Under the pieces are notes generated by a model that was not told the DNA's origin, ran no database searches, and was given only the letters and a program-made list of their open reading frames with translations. Positions 7,156 to 10,378 of a stretch of DNA of 10,378 nt are shown here, piece after piece. Within the stretch, counting starts at the first letter, position 1. Each line of letters opens with the position of its first letter. The translations under genes were made by a program, and so were the position numbers. The DNA is from Nanobdellati archaeon (GTDB lineage: Archaea; B1Sed10-29; JAGVWA01): contig JAGVWA010000012.1 in NCBI GenBank assembly GCA_018304505.1, forward strand, positions 1-10,378, written 5' to 3'.

Positions 7156-7548
7156 ATGGGAATGATCGGCGGAATCATCAAAAAATACGAGGCGCAGGGC
7201 AAACAGAAACAAAGGGACGCCCGGGTAAAACTAGGCATGGAGCCAACCCCAAATTTGGAGAAGCACTCAGGAGATGGGATTATAGACGCAGAATCGGGTG
7301 CCAAGGAGCAGGCTAAGGAAATCGCCGAAGTCAAAGGCTATTCCCAAAAATCATATGAAGTAACCCCCGAAGACATGAAGATCTTCGAGTACAACAACAA
7401 ACTCGTGGAGTTCTACAAGAACATCGAAAGGGCCACCATCATCTTAAACGACTTAAACCAACACAAGCAAGTCCTGGAACAACTAAACCAGTTGCGTGAA
7501 GAAAACGTTTCTCTAAAAGACAGAATTAACCAGCTTGAGCAACGATGA
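7156..7548 (+). CDS. hypothetical protein with C-terminal coiled coil
   Basis: ORF track gives 7141 (TTG); ATG 7156 is preferred because of TTTAAA at 7129-7134. Heptad-like C-terminus; ATGA overlap with the next gene. Confidence 0.75.
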   Translation: MGMIGGIIKKYEAQGKQKQRDARVKLGMEPTPNLEKHSGDGIIDAESGAKEQAKEIAEVKGYSQKSYEVTPEDMKIFEYNNKLVEFYKNIERATIILNDLNQHKQVLEQLNQLREENVSLKDRINQLEQR

Positions 7549-8132
7549 AGATCGAAGAAGAATACGGCCTGCCCGAAATTTATTTTTCAAAAGTCACAGC
7601 CGCGAATTACGAAAAGAGCCGCGCAATGCGAAAAATACAAACAGAAATCACGCGCAGGGCATTGGAATTCATAAAGTCCACCGAGGGCACTGCGCTCGAC
7701 ATTGGCTGCGGCACGGGATTTTCTATGCAGGTTCTCGCTGATGCAGGCTTCGATGCTGTCGGGGTTGACGTTTCGCAGGACATGATCGACATTGCCGTCA
7801 GCAAGGGCTTCAAAGCTCTGCATGGCACATTCATGAACCTGCCGTTCGACAACAATTCATTCGACGCTGCAGTTTCTATCAGCGCGCTGCAGTGGATTCA
7901 GGCAAAATCAGAATCAGAACTAATTAGGAATTACCTCAAGGTGCTCACAGAGATTTACCGGGTTCTAAAACCAAAGGGGGAATGTGTTATACAATTCTAT
8001 CCAATCAACGCCACTTACCACGATTTGTTCATCAAAGCTGTAAAGAAAACGCCGTTTACTGCTCGCACAGTCACTGATTTTCCAAACAATCAGAAGAAGA
8101 GAAAGACGTTCATCGTTCTTGAAAAACGCTAG
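7545..8132 (+). CDS. class I SAM methyltransferase, Bud23/WBSCR22-like (putative SSU rRNA m7G methyltransferase)
   Basis: ALDIGCGTG plus family-specific motifs PEIYF, IQTEITRRALE, SFDAAVSISALQW, QFYP and DFPNNQKKRKTFIVL, which parallel Bud23 motifs recalled from memory. Confidence 0.85.
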   Translation: MKIEEEYGLPEIYFSKVTAANYEKSRAMRKIQTEITRRALEFIKSTEGTALDIGCGTGFSMQVLADAGFDAVGVDVSQDMIDIAVSKGFKALHGTFMNLPFDNNSFDAAVSISALQWIQAKSESELIRNYLKVLTEIYRVLKPKGECVIQFYPINATYHDLFIKAVKKTPFTARTVTDFPNNQKKRKTFIVLEKR

Positions 8133-8743
8133 CATCCGAATTCGTTGTCTATCGGGCAGAACTTCGAGGTCGCATTTGAGCCTTTAGGAATACCCGGTTC
8201 TGGCCCAGAATAGATGTACTCCATGACGTCTGTCTGATTCCACTCATGTTCGTGGTTCCAGAGCTGCCAGAAGTACCTCCACTCGTTCCAACCTATGCCG
8301 AGGTGCTGTACATAGACTCCATTTTCAGCTAGCATGCCGCCGATTTTTCTGCCGGTCATGCATGGGATGCTGTAGCAGTAAACAATAATGTCCTTGCCTG
8401 GGTTTGATTCCTGCAGCGCCTTGAATGAATTCACAATCCGTTCTACATCGCCGTAGGCGCTTGTCTCGGGGTCCTTGTAAGCAGGTATGCTCACTGCGCC
8501 GATTATGTGCTCGCGTTCATACTCCTCCTGGCTTCTCAGGTCAACAAGGGCAAAATCCTGACTAGGCCCCATGTGCTTCCGGATGCTGTGCGGGCTGACA
8601 TGCACTGCGTTTTCAATGTCATAGAATTCCTTGATCAGCTGGTCTTGCGATTTTTGCTGTTGCGTGAGCGCAAGTGTAACTAAAGAGCCCACTACTGCAG
8701 CAACAACCACTGCCATCAGCAAAACCTGCATTTGGGGCTTCAT
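8129..8743 (-). CDS. rhodanese-like domain protein with N-terminal membrane anchor/signal
   Basis: LVDLRSQEEYEREHIIGAVSIP, IIVYCYSIPC active-site loop and LGIGWNEW; hydrophobic N-terminus. TTTTATAAA lies about 25 bp upstream on the minus strand. Confidence 0.9.
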   Translation of the reverse strand: MKPQMQVLLMAVVVAAVVGSLVTLALTQQQKSQDQLIKEFYDIENAVHVSPHSIRKHMGPSQDFALVDLRSQEEYEREHIIGAVSIPAYKDPETSAYGDVERIVNSFKALQESNPGKDIIVYCYSIPCMTGRKIGGMLAENGVYVQHLGIGWNEWRYFWQLWNHEHEWNQTDVMEYIYSGPEPGIPKGSNATSKFCPIDNEFGC

Positions 8744-8817
8744 AGAGTACTATCCCCAAAACGTCTTTATAAAAGTATCATAACCCTGCGTGCTATAACA
8801 ATAACCGGCACCGTTAC

Positions 8818-9096
8818 TCACCAGTACCGGATGTCGATTTTTCCTTTCTCTTTGAAGTACCTCAGCAAGAGGTATTGGATTTGCAGCAACAAGCCGACGA
8901 TGACAGCGATGCCCAGCAAGACCGCATCCTGGAATGCATCGAACGTGCCGAGGTAGAGCTTGTAGAACACGTACACAAACCCAATTAGCATTATCGCGGT
9001 GCCCCAGAGTTTGAACCACTCGGGCAGGTTTATCCAGTGCTTCTTGTTTAATATATGGTGCATTGCGTTCACTTCAATGATTTTCCTTTTTGCCAC
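8818..9096 (-). CDS. small two-TM membrane protein
   Basis: ORF track; two hydrophobic stretches (LWGTAIMLIGFVYVF and AVLLGIAVIVGLLLQIQYLLL). Start is uncertain (GTG 9096 or the later Met). Confidence 0.6.
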   Translation of the reverse strand: MAKRKIIEVNAMHHILNKKHWINLPEWFKLWGTAIMLIGFVYVFYKLYLGTFDAFQDAVLLGIAVIVGLLLQIQYLLLRYFKEKGKIDIRYW

Positions 9097-9362
9097 AAGC
9101 CTTTTTCGAAGTAGCCTATGTCTGCTTCTACAAGGGCCTTGTCAGTTATATTAATAGCGGCTCGGGTTTTGTCTGATTCAGCTCCCTTTATCGCCTTGCC
9201 CGATTGTAGGTTATCTTGTATCACAAATGAAATTGGGATATCCTTAGGATATACTACGCGAACCTCTACATTCTCATTGTTAAATAAGGTTTTCCATGTT
9301 TTTGTAGTTGGTTTGTAGTTTAGGAGGTTAATGTCGTCCGGCATTATTAACTTTATTTTTAT
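9069..9362 (-). pseudogene. C-terminal fragment of a TrmB-like (PLD-fold effector domain) regulator
   Basis: The frame stays open upstream of Met 9344 (IKIKLIMP). VEVR...ISFVIQD...INITDKALV...YFE..W resembles a TrmB C-terminal domain; no HTH is present. Confidence 0.45.
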
Positions 9363-9596
9363 GTGGGGCTAGGAACCTACGATGACATAATTATACAAAC
9401 CCGTTTGCCAGAACAGATAATCAGAGACATGGAAAAACTCTATAGTAACATAAAACAAGTTGAAGATTTAAACTTCGAAGATTTAATGAAGATAGCTACT
9501 AAAAACGTTCAATTTAGGGTTACTGTAATGAAAAATCCCCAATTAGCAAGACAGAACCAAGACTCTGTAATACAGACATTCAAAAAAGCGCGATGA
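9363..9596 (+). pseudogene. probable C-terminal fragment of a longer hypothetical protein
   Basis: GTG start only 18 bp from the divergent ORF's Met, so there is no room for promoters. In-frame TAA at 9348-9350. The sequence is protein-like through to TGA 9594-9596. Confidence 0.4.
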
Positions 9597-9624
9597 TCAC
9601 CAACAGCAATCCCCCCGCAAGTTC

Positions 9625-9632
9625 TTATATAC
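9625..9632 (+). promoter_or_regulatory. TATA box for the candidate sRNA
   Basis: TTATATAC about 25 bp upstream of 9650-9651, with no plausible protein ORF following. Confidence 0.55.
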
Positions 9633-9649
9633 TAAAACAGCATCTATAG

Positions 9650-9721
9650 TGCTGCGATGACGTCACCAGGCTTGCCAGAACCTCTCTGAGGTGATGATGA
9701 AGATCATGAGTGCAGAGCAGC
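9650..9721 (+). ncRNA. candidate box C/D methylation guide sRNA
   Basis: C-like GCGATGA 9654-9660, D' CTGA 9686-9689, C' ATGATGA 9694-9700, 12-nt guide 9701-9712 and D-like CAGA 9713-9716. Ends are complementary (GCTGC 9651-9655 / GCAGC 9717-9721) and a TATA box lies upstream. Confidence 0.6.
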
Positions 9722-9796
9722 TTATCTGCTTACAGATAGGCGCAGCTTATCTGCTTACAGATAGGCGCAGCTTATCTGCTTACAGATAGGCGCAGC
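9717..9796. repeat. 25-bp hairpin-forming tandem repeat, 3.2 copies
   Basis: GCAGCTTATCTGCTTACAGATAGGC occurs exactly at 9717, 9742 and 9767, followed by GCAGC. Internal stem GCTTATCTG-CTTA-CAGATAGGC has one G.T pair. Confidence 0.97.
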
Positions 9797-9810
9797 AATT
9801 TTAACTTATA

Positions 9811-9846
9811 GTTTGCAAACATTTATATAGTTTATTGTATAATAAA
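9811..9846 (+). promoter_or_regulatory. TA operon promoter with palindromic operator candidates
   Basis: TTTATATA 9822-9829, flanked by the palindrome GTTTGCAAAC (9811-9820) and the inverted repeat TTTATT-GTAT-AATAAA (9831-9846). Confidence 0.6.
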
Positions 9847-9860
9847 TCTATAGTGATTCT

Positions 9861-10109
9861 ATGGTATCTTATACAAGCATACAAATCTTGCCTGAAACAA
9901 GAGAAGAATTAAGTCATTTGAAATCAAGCCCTCGGGAGACTTATGACGAGTTAATCAAAAAATTGATTGAATTGATTCCAGAAGGAGACGAAGAAGGCAC
10001 TTACAAAGATGAATTTAAAGTTGGCCTTTTGAACGCAAAACTCGATGCCATAAAAGGAAGAACCTATTCGCTTTCAGACGTAAAAAAATCCCTAGGACTG
10101 AATAAATGA
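9861..10109 (+). CDS. putative antitoxin, RHH/CopG-like N-terminus
   Basis: TSIQILPETREELSHLKSSPRETYDELIKKLIE and C-terminal GRTYSLSDVKKSLGL are typical of archaeal RelE partners; ATGA overlap with the toxin. Confidence 0.85.
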   Translation: MVSYTSIQILPETREELSHLKSSPRETYDELIKKLIELIPEGDEEGTYKDEFKVGLLNAKLDAIKGRTYSLSDVKKSLGLNK

Positions 10110-10360
10110 CCTGGAAGATTGAGTTTACAAAAGAAGCACTTAGAGACATCTCAAAACTTGAAACAAAGATTCTCGACAGGATACTAGACAAACTTGAACA
10201 GACAAGAGAGAACCCACATCATTATTTTCAACGCTTGGTGGGCCACGATGATTTCAAATTCAGGGTGGGCGATTATAGGATACTAGTGCTCTTATTGCAT
10301 GACGAGAAAATAATAATACAAAAAGTAGGACACCGAAAAAACGTTTACAAACGTCTCTAA
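10106..10360 (+). CDS. relE: RelE/ParE-family toxin
   Basis: WKIEFTKEALRDISKL...RLVG...FRVGDYRIL...VGHRKNVY is a canonical RelE signature. Confidence 0.93.
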   Translation: MTWKIEFTKEALRDISKLETKILDRILDKLEQTRENPHHYFQRLVGHDDFKFRVGDYRILVLLLHDEKIIIQKVGHRKNVYKRL

Positions 10361-10362
10361 GC

Positions 10363-10378
10363 AGCAGCTTATCTGCTT
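10363..10378. repeat. further copy of the 25-bp repeat, truncated by the window end
   Basis: AGCAGCTTATCTGCTT is 16/16 identical to 9716-9731. Confidence 0.9.

Noticed and set aside
7105-7212. N-terminal extension of the 6697..7212 ORF
   Set aside because: The family motif starts at MQIYFAGS (7104); the extension spans the promoter and the divergent gene.
5275-9318. Short alternative or antisense ORFs overlapping the methyltransferases, DUF1761, MazG, Rcl-like, rhodanese and downstream genes
   Set aside because: They overlap stronger calls and show no motif or promoter support.
9651-9746. tRNA on the minus strand (CTCATGA and AGCCTGG seen in the reverse complement)
   Set aside because: No cloverleaf or properly placed T-loop; better explained as guide complementarity of a plus-strand C/D RNA.
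9717-9796. CRISPR array
   Set aside because: The repeats are directly adjacent with no spacers, and there are no cas genes in the window.

Overview
Archaeal genomic window, probably DPANN-like (inferred from the archaeal-type LeuRS, BRE/TATA promoters about 25-30 bp upstream of leaderless ATGs, and compact overlapping genes). The backbone holds leuS, two class I SAM methyltransferases (one strongly resembling eukaryotic Bud23/WBSCR22), DUF1761, a MazG-like pyrophosphohydrolase, an Rcl/DNPH1-like N-glycosidase, a small Cys-rich protein, a membrane-anchored rhodanese and a candidate box C/D guide RNA. The most unusual structure is a set of minimal (about 0.4-0.6 kb) toxin-antitoxin cassettes with no recombinase gene, each bracketed by direct repeats of host sequence. 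Two HicB-HicA cassettes are stacked behind leuS and separated by copies of the leuS 3' end; the distal one has an internally deleted toxin. An antitoxin-RelE cassette is bracketed by a 25-bp hairpin repeat that starts at the 3' end of the candidate sRNA. Both repeat types share the core AGCTTATC, which lies 5 bp after the stop codon of each intact toxin. Several decayed gene remnants are also visible (PIN-domain, TrmB-like and one further fragment). All family assignments come from motif recognition, not database searches.
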